From Actinomycetes bacterium (lineage in GTDB: Bacteria; Actinomycetota; Acidimicrobiia; Acidimicrobiales; CADCSY01): a stretch of 64,000 bases of DNA. Position numbers and translations under genes: made by a program. Below the pieces are notes generated by a model. That model saw only the letters and a list, made by a program, of their open reading frames with translations. It searched no databases and was not told where the DNA came from. The stretch lies in NCBI GenBank assembly GCA_031399525.1, contig JANNOZ010000002.1, positions 56,085-120,084 of the forward strand. The letters are read 5' to 3'. This document shows, one piece after another, positions 26,690 to 34,984 of this stretch. Position 1 is the stretch's first letter. Each line of letters starts with the position of its first letter.

Positions 26690-27099
26690 ACGCCGGGCAA
26701 GAGCCGGGTGGTCAACCTGGCGCCCGGCACGGTCGAGGTGCTGAGGGGCCACCGCAAGGAGCAGCTCGTCGAGAGGCTGGCGTGGGGCGCCGCCTGGACG
26801 GACTCGGGAACATCTTCACCGCCGAGGACGGCCAGCCGCTCCACCCCGACTCGGTGGCCTGGCACTTCACCAAGGCGCTCCGCTCAGCGGGGGTGCCAGT
26901 CATCCGCCTCCACGACCTTCGGCACACGAGCGCAACCCTCGACCTGGAGGCAGGCACGCATCCGAAGGTGGTCCAGGAGCGACTCGGCCACGCGAACATC
27001 AGCATGACCCTCGATTTGTACTCGCATGTCGTCCCCGGCATGGGCGAGGACGCGGCAGCCAAGCGAGGCTTCCTCCTCTACGGCAAGGCAGCGGGATGA
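26690..27099 (+). pseudogene. Tyrosine integrase C-terminal fragment, 5'-truncated and frameshifted near 26808
   Basis: SRVVNLAPGTVEVLRGHR...WTDSG / IFTAEDGQPL..IRLHDLRHTSAT..KVVQERLGHANISMTLDLYSHV. Confidence 0.9.
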
Positions 27100-27689
27100 C
27101 CGAACCATTCGACCTGAAGACCCTCGACGGGATGCTGAAAGCGATCGCCTACGAGGTCGACATGATCGGCCGCCTCGTCACCCGGCTGCGGTCAGTCACC
27201 GAGTCCGAGGTCGATGGGTGGACCGAAGCAAACGCGTACGAAGAGTCTCTCCTCATGCACGTCCGCAACCTCCACGAGTTCCTGAGCCCAAAGCAGCGAA
27301 GGCCAGACGACACGGTGACCGCCGAGGCCTACCGGGCGCCAGGAACAACGCCGTCGCCTTCGATCACGATCCGAGGACGCGCGATCACGATCGCCGACAT
27401 CCACAAGCACGCCGCGCACCTGTCCTCACACCGCGTCGACGCCTCAATCCAATGGTTCGACGAGAACGGCAGCTACTCGACGGTGGCCCGATGGGTCCTG
27501 GAACCGCTAGCGAAATGGCTCACCACGAAGGCGACCGACGGGCTGCAACCCGAACTTCTGGTCGCTGTCATCCAACGCACTCAACGAGCGCTGGCAGCCT
27601 GCGAAGACCAATCCGCTGCCAATCCGCTGCCAAATGGCCCCTCCGAGGCCCCTTCGGATGTCTCCCCGGAGGGCACTACAAGCCTCTGA
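27096..27689 (+). CDS. Hypothetical helical protein (possible HEPN-like)
   Basis: ATGA overlap with the integrase stop; motifs EESLLMHVRNLHEFL and IHKHAAHLS. Confidence 0.65.
   Translation: MTEPFDLKTLDGMLKAIAYEVDMIGRLVTRLRSVTESEVDGWTEANAYEESLLMHVRNLHEFLSPKQRRPDDTVTAEAYRAPGTTPSPSITIRGRAITIADIHKHAAHLSSHRVDASIQWFDENGSYSTVARWVLEPLAKWLTTKATDGLQPELLVAVIQRTQRALAACEDQSAANPLPNGPSEAPSDVSPEGTTSL
27613..27634. repeat. Putative integrase arm-type sites (right)
   Basis: CCGCTGCCAAT-CCGCTGCCAAA. Confidence 0.7.
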
Positions 27690-27705
27690 CCTGCGCTTTA
27701 CCGAG

Positions 27706-27778
27706 CTGGCGGGGGAGGGCTCGAACCTCCAACCTCCTGATCCAAAGTCAGGCGTTCTGCCGGTTGAACTACCCGCCA
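27706..27778 (-). tRNA. tRNA-Gln (anticodon TTG), no encoded CCA
   Basis: TGGCGGG acceptor stem, D arm AGTTCAACCGGCAGAAC, anticodon loop CT-TTG-GA, T loop GGTTCGAGCC. Confidence 0.97.
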
Positions 27779-27844
27779 CTGGTCGGGCCGAGGGTAGTGC
27801 CGGTTCGGTGCCCGGCCGGTGGTGGCGATATCGTTGCCGGCCTC

Positions 27845-27946
27845 ATGGGCTCGTTGATCAAGAAGCGCCGTAAGCGCATGCGCAAGAAGAAGCACAAGAA
27901 GCTCCTGAAGCGCACCCGCTTCCAGCGCCGGGCACTGAAGAAGTAG
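27845..27946 (+). CDS. 30S ribosomal protein bS22 (AURKAIP1/COX24 domain), 33 aa
   Basis: MGSLIKKRRKRMRKKKHKKLLKRTRFQRRALKK. Confidence 0.93.
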   Translation: MGSLIKKRRKRMRKKKHKKLLKRTRFQRRALKK

Positions 27947-27970
27947 CCCACCACTCTCGACGCCGTTGCG

Positions 27971-27994
27971 CCGGCCGCCCTCCGGGGCGGCCGG
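27971..27994. terminator. GC hairpin with UNCG loop between convergent bS22 and ispE
   Basis: CCGGCCGCCC-TCCG-GGGCGGCCGG. Confidence 0.6.
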
Positions 27995-28000
27995 ATCGCG

Positions 28001-28699
28001 TCAGGGGGTGGCCTCCACCACGAGTCTCCCGTCACCCGGATACGCACCTTCGACGAACCACGTCGAGCCACTCCCGGCCAATGTCGGGGTCTGGCCAGTG
28101 GCGTCACCGAGAAGGTCACGCCACTCGACCAGGCGGGGTTCGACGGCGAGCGCAGCCGGTTCGAGGTCGTTGCTTCCTTCGCCCGATGGACCTCCGAGGC
28201 GATCCCAAGCCTGGTAGGCGGCCACCGTGGACACCCCGAAGGGCGGGACGAGCAGCGTGAAGGTCCCGGCCACGAACGGCCGGCGCTCGATCACCTCACC
28301 CACCCCGGTCACTCGGGCCCGTCCGCCAACTAGGCAGAACGGCACGTCGGCGCCCAGGCGGGCGGCTATGGCCAGATCGTCACAGCCGGCCCAGCGCAAC
28401 ACCGCCGCCGCGTCGGCCGACCCCCCGCCCAGGCCGGCTCCGGCGGGAATGCGCTTGTCCAGACGGACCTGAGCCGTGCGGCCGACCAAGACCAGGGCTC
28501 GGCGAACCAGGTTGTCGTCGTCGGCCGGCACCGGCAGGCCGGCGGCGCCCACCACCTCGAGGCCATCCCCGGAGGCGAACGTGAGCTGGTCGGCCAGATC
28601 GAGGCTGACCATCTCGGCGTCGATCAGGTGGTAGCCATCAGCCCGCACCCCGACGATGCGTAGCGACAGGGTCAGCTTGGCCGGCGCCGGTACACGCAT
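28001..28699 (-). CDS. ispE: 4-diphosphocytidyl-2-C-methyl-D-erythritol kinase
   Basis: APAKLTL, DGYH, KRIPAGAGLGGGSADAA, GADVPF, LAGSGS. Confidence 0.93.
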   Translation of the reverse strand: MRVPAPAKLTLSLRIVGVRADGYHLIDAEMVSLDLADQLTFASGDGLEVVGAAGLPVPADDDNLVRRALVLVGRTAQVRLDKRIPAGAGLGGGSADAAAVLRWAGCDDLAIAARLGADVPFCLVGGRARVTGVGEVIERRPFVAGTFTLLVPPFGVSTVAAYQAWDRLGGPSGEGSNDLEPAALAVEPRLVEWRDLLGDATGQTPTLAGSGSTWFVEGAYPGDGRLVVEATP

Positions 28700-29517
28700 C
28701 GAGCCAGCCTGCCCCACGCGGCGACGTCGAGCTGTTCCGCCCGACGGTCCGAGGCCACTCCGGCCTCGGCGAAGTCCTCGGCGTCGACCCGACCGGCCAA
28801 TGAACGCCGAAGCATCTTTCGCCGCTGCCCGAAGCCGGCCCGCACCAACTCGAACAGCACCTCGGCGGGCACCTCCGCCGGATCGACGGCCGGCTCAGGC
28901 CACCGGACGATCTCGACCAGCGACGATTCGACGTTGGGTCGAGGAAGGAACACGCTGGCCGGCACCCGACCCACCAGCGAGGCGTGACCCCAGTACGCCA
29001 CCTTGACCGACACCGCTCCGTAGGCCGCAGTGCCCGGACGGGCCGCCAGGCGCTCGGCCACCTCCCGTTGCACCATCACCAGCAAGTGGGCCACGGCTGG
29101 CACCTCGTCGAGCACGGTCGCCACCAGCGGGGTCGCGACGTTGTAGGGCAGGTTGGCCACGAGATGCCAATGATCGGCGCCGTCGGGTCGGTCGAGCAGG
29201 GGCACCCACCCGAGGTCGAGGGCATCGGCCTCGACCACGGTGACGTCGAGGCCGGCAACCACGTCACGGAGCACGGGAACCAGACCCCGGTCCTTCTCGA
29301 TGGCCAACACCGAGGCACCCGTCTCGGCCAGAGCCAGGGTCAACGAGCCCAGCCCGGCCCCGATCTCGACGACCCGGTCGCCTGTCCCCACACTTGCTAA
29401 GCGGGCGATACGCCGAACCGTATTCGGGTCGACGACGAAGTTCTGGCCCAGCGACTTGCTCGGGTGCAGCCCGTGCCGGGCGAGGAGGTCAGCGACGTCG
29501 GCCGGGGAAAGCGTCAC
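28672..29517 (-). CDS. rsmA: 16S rRNA dimethyltransferase RsmA/KsgA
   Basis: KSLGQNF, EIGAGLG, VANLPYN, MVQREVA, FGQRRKML. Confidence 0.96.
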   Translation of the reverse strand: MTLSPADVADLLARHGLHPSKSLGQNFVVDPNTVRRIARLASVGTGDRVVEIGAGLGSLTLALAETGASVLAIEKDRGLVPVLRDVVAGLDVTVVEADALDLGWVPLLDRPDGADHWHLVANLPYNVATPLVATVLDEVPAVAHLLVMVQREVAERLAARPGTAAYGAVSVKVAYWGHASLVGRVPASVFLPRPNVESSLVEIVRWPEPAVDPAEVPAEVLFELVRAGFGQRRKMLRRSLAGRVDAEDFAEAGVASDRRAEQLDVAAWGRLARCVYRRRPS

Positions 29518-29530
29518 CGCGACCAGCGTG

Positions 29531-30181
29531 TCACCAAGAGATGGTGACGGAGATGACCCCCACGCTCGGATCGGCCAGCTGGGCGAACTCAGGCTGATGC
29601 AGGTCGAGAATCCAACCGTTCACGTAGGGCCCGCGATCGTCGACCGTGCACCGGGTGGTCAGGCCGTTGGCCACGTTGGTCACCGTGACAACCGTGCCGA
29701 ATGGCAACGTCTTGTGAGCGCAGCCACCCGGAGTGTCCTTGAGGTCGTACCAGGTGGCCTTACCCGATTCGGTGTTGCCCACCGGGGCCGGCGCCGGGGC
29801 CACCGGCACCGAGGCCGTGGTGGTCGTGGTGGTCGGTGGCGCAGAAACCCGGGCTGGCGCCGGAGCCGGGGTCCGAACGGTCGTCGTCGTCGTCGTCGCC
29901 GGCGGCAATGTCGTCGTGGTCGTCATGGCCTCTTGCGCGGCAGCCGACGCTTGGAGTGCAACCAGCGGATCGTCGGGGGACGTGGTCGTCGACGCCGCCA
30001 CCGCCGAATCGGTGGGTGGGCCCGCGGCCAGGGCGACATCGGACGCCTCGGCCGAGCGCAGTCCGGGGAACAGGGTCGGCGCCAGCGCCACGGTGAGGGC
30101 GATGGCGACCAGTAACCACAGACGTCGGAACAGCTCTACCTTCGACGACAGGTCTCCGCCCTCCCGTTCTGGGTTGGGCAA
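29531..30181 (-). CDS. Secreted RlpA-like double-psi beta-barrel protein with Thr/Pro linker
   Basis: GKATWY, CAHKTLPFGT, VDDRGPY, ILDL; start uncertain. Confidence 0.85.
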   Translation of the reverse strand: MPNPEREGGDLSSKVELFRRLWLLVAIALTVALAPTLFPGLRSAEASDVALAAGPPTDSAVAASTTTSPDDPLVALQASAAAQEAMTTTTTLPPATTTTTTVRTPAPAPARVSAPPTTTTTTASVPVAPAPAPVGNTESGKATWYDLKDTPGGCAHKTLPFGTVVTVTNVANGLTTRCTVDDRGPYVNGWILDLHQPEFAQLADPSVGVISVTISW

Positions 30182-30257
30182 CGTTACGGTCCGATGTCAT
30201 CGAGCTGCAACCTGACTGGCACAGTTCGAACATCCGCCGGAGCGTCGGCGCCGAAGA

Positions 30258-30671
30258 GTGGCTGTGCGTCACCGTCTCCGACCTCTCGAGATCGCGGTAG
30301 TCATCTGTGGTCTCGGCTTGGCCCTCGTCGGCCTGGTCAGCCTGGGCGCGGGTCGCGACCAGCTGACGGCCAGCGACGACGGGTCGACCACGTCCCCGAG
30401 CCAACCGTCCTCGGGTCAGGTGTCGGTGGCCATCGTCGACTTCGCCTTCGCGCCGGCTGATCTCAGCGTCACCGCCGGCTCGACCATCACCTGGACCAAC
30501 GATGACGCGTTCGCCCACTCAGTCGTCTCCGACGGCGATGGCCCGCTGGTCAGCGACGATCTGACCGAGGGACGTAGCTACGAGCACACGTTCGACCAAC
30601 CGGGGACCTACGCCTACATCTGCGGGATCCACAACTCCATGACGGGCACCGTCACGGTGGTCACGCCATGA
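30258..30671 (+). CDS. Membrane-anchored cupredoxin (plastocyanin/amicyanin-like)
   Basis: FAFAP..V.AG..TWTN..HSV and YICGIHNSMTG (type-1 Cu ligands). Confidence 0.9.
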   Translation: MAVRHRLRPLEIAVVICGLGLALVGLVSLGAGRDQLTASDDGSTTSPSQPSSGQVSVAIVDFAFAPADLSVTAGSTITWTNDDAFAHSVVSDGDGPLVSDDLTEGRSYEHTFDQPGTYAYICGIHNSMTGTVTVVTP

Positions 30672-31099
30672 CCGCCTCAGGCACCCTGTCGCCCAACTCC
30701 GCCTACGCCGTGGGTCACCTGCGGACGGTCATCGCCGTTCTGCTCCTGATCAGCGGCGGGATACACCTGCGGCTCTACCACGACGGGTACCGCGATGTGC
30801 CTGACATTCGCCTCGGGCGCTCGTTCCTCCTCGATGCCATCGCCGCTGGACTGCTCGCGGTGGCCGTCATGGTGTGGCGCAACCGGCTCACCCTCCTGGC
30901 GGCCGCGGCGTTGAGTGTCGGTTCCCTGGCGGCCTTCGCGTTGTCCCGTACCGATCAGGGCATATTCGGGTTCTCCGAAAGCGGTCTCCAACCGTCGCCC
31001 GAAGCCACCGTCGCCCTCATCGCCGAGATGGCTGCCCTCGCCGTCATCGTGTGGCTGCTGGTGCGAGGAGAGCGGATGATGCTGGCGGAGTCGCCCTGA
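30668..31099 (+). CDS. Small 4-TM membrane protein coupled to the cupredoxin gene
   Basis: ATGA overlap; hydrophobic helices; GGIHLRLY. Confidence 0.75.
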   Translation: MTASGTLSPNSAYAVGHLRTVIAVLLLISGGIHLRLYHDGYRDVPDIRLGRSFLLDAIAAGLLAVAVMVWRNRLTLLAAAALSVGSLAAFALSRTDQGIFGFSESGLQPSPEATVALIAEMAALAVIVWLLVRGERMMLAESP

Positions 31100-31109
31100 T
31101 CGGAGTCGA

Positions 31110-31886
31110 TCACGCCGGATCGAGGCGGAACAGCGCCGCCGCATTCGCCGTCGTGGCGTCCTCGACGACGCCCGGGGCCAGGCCCTTCACTTCGGCCACT
31201 GCCGCGCCCACGACTGCCACCCATGCGGGCTGGTTGGGGCGGCCCCGATAGGGAACGGGCGCCAGGAACGGGGCGTCGGTCTCGACCACGAGGCGGTCGA
31301 GCGGACACAGGCGGGCGGCGGCCCGCACGTCGTCGGCCGTCTTGAACGTGACGATCCCGCTGAAGCTGATGACGCACCCCAGGTCGAGGGCCCGGCGAGC
31401 CTCGTCGGGGCCGCCCGTGAAGCAATGGAGCTGGGTGCGCTCAGGAACGCCCTCGGCGTCGAGCACCGCGAAGGTGTCGTCCCACGCCGAGCGGGAGTGG
31501 ACCACCAGGGTCAGGTCGTGGGCATGGGCCAGACGGATCTGGGCGGCGAAGACCTCACGCTGGACCGCCCGAGGAGAGTGGTCGTAGTGGTAGTCCAGGC
31601 CACACTCCCCCACCCCCACCACCCGCGGGACGCCGAGCAGTTCGGCGAGGCCGTCGATGCCGTTGCGGGCCTCATGGGGATGCACGCCGGCGGTAGCCCA
31701 CACCCCAACATGTCGACCGGCGACGGCCACTGCATCACGAGATCGGGCCCGGTCGGTGCCGACGACGACGAAGCGGCCCACCCCGGCTGACCGGGCGTCG
31801 GCCAGCGCCACCTCGGGCACCCACGGCCCCTCGTCGGCGCCAACGGGCGGGGCATCGGAGACGTGGCAGTGGGCGTCGGTCCACAT
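31110..31886 (-). CDS. tatD: TatD family hydrolase
   Basis: DAHCH, GVHPH, GECGLDY, VVHSR, LHCF, ETDAPFL. Confidence 0.95.
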   Translation of the reverse strand: MWTDAHCHVSDAPPVGADEGPWVPEVALADARSAGVGRFVVVGTDRARSRDAVAVAGRHVGVWATAGVHPHEARNGIDGLAELLGVPRVVGVGECGLDYHYDHSPRAVQREVFAAQIRLAHAHDLTLVVHSRSAWDDTFAVLDAEGVPERTQLHCFTGGPDEARRALDLGCVISFSGIVTFKTADDVRAAARLCPLDRLVVETDAPFLAPVPYRGRPNQPAWVAVVGAAVAEVKGLAPGVVEDATTANAAALFRLDPA

Positions 31887-31899
31887 AAGCGGCGCTCGC

Positions 31900-33618
31900 T
31901 CAGGCGGGCTCGGACCCACCGAAGCGGGCTGACCACTCCGCCAGATCGTCGTCGGTCAGCTTCTGGAAGAGCAGCTCGGGCGCAACGAAAGAAGAACCCT
32001 CGACCAGCACGCCGATCTCGAGAGCCAGAGAGGTGGAGAGGGACAACCCGTCGACGGGAGCCTCCGGGGTCACGCTGGCGAGGCGCTCGGCCGCGAACGG
32101 GATGAACGGCGCCGAGGCCACGGCGAACACTCGACACAGGCCCAAGGCGGTCCTCAGAGTGACTGCGGCGGCATCCCGGTCGGTCTTGATGGCCCGCCAC
32201 GGCTCTCGGGCCTCGAGATAGACGTTGCCCTCGGCCCAAAGTGCCCGAAGGGCCGCCGCCGCCTTGCGGAACTCGAGTCGGTCGAGGCATTCGAGATAGG
32301 CGCCCAGCGCCGCCTCGACCCGAGCCCCGAGCGCGACTTCCTCGTCGCCAGGGTGGCCGCCGGCGGGGACGACCGCTCCGAAGTGACGGGTGATCTGGGT
32401 CGACAGCCGATTCACGAAGTTGCCGAGGGTGCCCACCAACTCTTTGTTCACTGCCTCGCCGAAGAGCTCCCAGGTGAAGCTGGCATCGTCGCTCTCGGGT
32501 GCGTTGGCCAACAGGTACCAGCGCCACAAGTCAGCGGGGAGCAGTTCGAGGGCGTCGTCCATGAAGACGCCGCGACCGTCGGAGGTCGAGAACTTGCCGC
32601 CGTAGTACGTCAGCCAGTTGAAGCTCTTCAATCGATCGACCAGCTTCCACGGCTCGCCCGATCCCAGCAGGGTCCCCGGGAAGCTCAAGGTGTGGAACGG
32701 GACGTTGTCCTTGCCCATGAACTGGATGTAGGTGACCTCGTCCGCGCCCTCGTCGGTCCGCCACCACGACCGCCACGACCGATCGCCGGTCGGTGCACTG
32801 TCGGCCCACTCCTTGGTCGCCGCGAGGTAGCCGATGGGCGCGTCGAACCAGACGTACCAGACCTTCCCGGCCAGCTCGGGGAAGTCGTCGGGATCGACCG
32901 GGATCCCCCAGCGCAGGTCGCGGGTGATGCCTCGGTCGTCGAGCCCCTCGTCGAGCCACTTGTAGGCGATCGACCGGGTCAAGGCCGGCCAGTCGTCCTT
33001 CGAGTCGACCCAGGCCCGAATCCGGTCAGCCAGCAGCGACTGGCGCAGGAAGGCATGGCGGCTCTCGCGGACCTCGAGGTCGGTGGCTCCTGAGACCGCC
33101 GAGCGAGGATCAATGAGATCGACCGGGTCGAGCTGCTTGCCGCAGTTCTCGCACTGGTCTCCCCGGGCCCGCTCGTAGCCACAGTTGGGGCAGGTGCCGA
33201 CCACGTAGCGGTCGGGCAGGAAACGGCCGTCGGTCGGCGAGTAGACCTGCTGGGTCGAGCGGACCTCGAGGAAGCCCTCGTCGCGCAGCCGACGGGCCAG
33301 GTGTGCGGTGATCTCGTGATTCTGAGGGCTCGACGTTCGTCCGAACCAGTCCCAGGACAGCCCGAAGCGCTCGCCCAGGTCGGCCTGGACCTGGTGGTAG
33401 CGGGCGCAGTAGTCGGCGACGTCGAGGCCCTCGGCGGCTGCGGCCAGCTCGGCCGGAGTGCCGTGCTCGTCGGTGGCGCAGATGGACAGCACCTCGTGGC
33501 CCGATGCCCGCAGGTAGCGGGCGTACACATCGGCCGGCAACATCGACCCCACCAGGTTGCCGAGATGCTTCACACCGTTGATGTACGGCAACGCGCTGGT
33601 CACGAGGTAGCGGGCCAC
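31900..33618 (-). CDS. metG: Methionine-tRNA ligase
   Basis: ALPYINGVKHLGN, DEHG, Zn knuckle, YVWFDA, GKDN, KFSTS. Confidence 0.96.
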   Translation of the reverse strand: MARYLVTSALPYINGVKHLGNLVGSMLPADVYARYLRASGHEVLSICATDEHGTPAELAAAAEGLDVADYCARYHQVQADLGERFGLSWDWFGRTSSPQNHEITAHLARRLRDEGFLEVRSTQQVYSPTDGRFLPDRYVVGTCPNCGYERARGDQCENCGKQLDPVDLIDPRSAVSGATDLEVRESRHAFLRQSLLADRIRAWVDSKDDWPALTRSIAYKWLDEGLDDRGITRDLRWGIPVDPDDFPELAGKVWYVWFDAPIGYLAATKEWADSAPTGDRSWRSWWRTDEGADEVTYIQFMGKDNVPFHTLSFPGTLLGSGEPWKLVDRLKSFNWLTYYGGKFSTSDGRGVFMDDALELLPADLWRWYLLANAPESDDASFTWELFGEAVNKELVGTLGNFVNRLSTQITRHFGAVVPAGGHPGDEEVALGARVEAALGAYLECLDRLEFRKAAAALRALWAEGNVYLEAREPWRAIKTDRDAAAVTLRTALGLCRVFAVASAPFIPFAAERLASVTPEAPVDGLSLSTSLALEIGVLVEGSSFVAPELLFQKLTDDDLAEWSARFGGSEPA

Positions 33619-33676
33619 GACCGGAGGCTACCGACCCCCTCGCGCCCCCTTGACCCAGCGCCGCTGGGCCGAGGAA

Positions 33677-34507
33677 TCAGCCCGGATGGGCCAGTCCGTA
33701 GACCCGGCGCCGGGCCACCCCGAACGTGGCCGCCACCTCGGTCACCGCGTCTCGGGTCGAGCTGCCCGCGGCCTTGGCCTCACCCAGCGCCGAGGAGAGT
33801 TCCTCGTCGGTTGCGTCGGGGGGTGTCGACGCACCTTCGAGCACGACCACGTACTCCCCCCGGGGCTCCACGTTGGCGACGTGAGCCACTGCGTCGCCCA
33901 AGGCGCCCCGCCAGATCTCCTCGTGGAGCTTGGTCAGCTCGCGGGCCAGGACCACCCGCCTCTCGGGGCCAGCCCCCTCGGCCAGGTCGCCCAGGGTGCG
34001 GGCCAGCCGGTGGGGAGCCTCGTAGAGCACGACAGTGCGACGCTCGGCCACCACCTCGGCCAGTCGATCGGCACGTTCGGCGCCCTGACGAGGCAGAAAG
34101 CCTTCGAAACTGAACCGCTCGGTGCCCAGGCCACTGGCCACCAGGGCGGCCACACCAGCCGAAGGCCCGGGCACAACACTGACCGGGATCCCGGCGTCGA
34201 TAGCCGCCCGCACCAGACGCTCGCCCGGGTCCGACACCCCCGGGAGCCCGGCATCGGTGACCACGGCGACGACGTCGCCGGCCACCAGGCGATCGACCAC
34301 CACCCCGACCTGGCGGGCCTCGTTGTGTTGGTGGACGGCCAACAGCGACGGCCGGGGCGACACACCGGCGGCCTCCAAGAGACGGCCGGTGCGACGCGTG
34401 TCCTCGCACACGATGAGGGCCGCGCCGGCCAGCGTCTCCACGGCGCGAGGCGACAGGTCGCCCAGGTTGCCGATGGGGGTGGCCACCACGACGAGCTGGC
34501 CGGTCAC
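33677..34507 (-). CDS. rsmI: 16S rRNA (C1402) 2'-O-methyltransferase
   Basis: VATPIGNLGD, CEDTR, DAGLPGVSDPG, FEGFLP, YEAPHR, RELTKLHEE. Confidence 0.96.
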   Translation of the reverse strand: MTGQLVVVATPIGNLGDLSPRAVETLAGAALIVCEDTRRTGRLLEAAGVSPRPSLLAVHQHNEARQVGVVVDRLVAGDVVAVVTDAGLPGVSDPGERLVRAAIDAGIPVSVVPGPSAGVAALVASGLGTERFSFEGFLPRQGAERADRLAEVVAERRTVVLYEAPHRLARTLGDLAEGAGPERRVVLARELTKLHEEIWRGALGDAVAHVANVEPRGEYVVVLEGASTPPDATDEELSSALGEAKAAGSSTRDAVTEVAATFGVARRRVYGLAHPG

Positions 34508-34833
34508 GAGCGCACCTCGAGTTGGTCTCCGACCTGCAAGCCCCACCGCTCGAAGGCTCCGGCCGGGGCCTCGATCACGATCCGGGCCCGGCGCCGGGGC
34601 CGTCCGATCCGCCACGGCCGCATGGTGACCACATCGAGCACCACCAACGAGGAGTCGCAGTAGGCCACGTCGAGCGCAAAGCGAACTCCGAGGGTGTGGA
34701 CGGCGGCCGCCGGCCGGAGCAGCAAGGCGCCTTCGAGGGACGGGCGGGCGATGACACCGCGCACCCGTTGGCGCCAACCGGTCGCCTCTTCGAGCGACGC
34801 CAAGACGTCGTCCTCGCGAAGCAGCCAAGCCAC
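34504..34833 (-). CDS. DUF192 domain protein
   Basis: VHTLGVRFALDVAY and VIEAPAG motifs. Confidence 0.85.
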   Translation of the reverse strand: MAWLLREDDVLASLEEATGWRQRVRGVIARPSLEGALLLRPAAAVHTLGVRFALDVAYCDSSLVVLDVVTMRPWRIGRPRRRARIVIEAPAGAFERWGLQVGDQLEVRS

Positions 34834-34984
34834 GCCCACGATGTTCGCACTTCGGCCGGCCAATGCCCCCTCGTCGACCACGAAGATTCAGTTGACACAG
34901 ACAACCAGTTTGGGCCACGCTCTCGAACATGGCGTTCCAAAACGCCTCGTTCGTCGCCGACTCGACCACCAGGGGGACCACCCG

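Larger units (their letters stand above)
24355..27749. mobile_element. Degenerate tyrosine-integrase island integrated at tRNA-Gln
   Basis: 50-bp exact direct repeats 24355-24404 and 27700-27749; integrase remnant; cargo visibly more AT-rich than flanks. Confidence 0.9.

Noticed and set aside
30181-30257. c-di-AMP riboswitch upstream of the RlpA-like gene
   Set aside because: No recognisable ydaO consensus and the gap is too short.
34923-34938. LexA-box-like TCGAAC-ATGGC-GTTCC
   Set aside because: Spacer is 5 nt rather than 4, the right half mismatches, and neighbours are not SOS genes.
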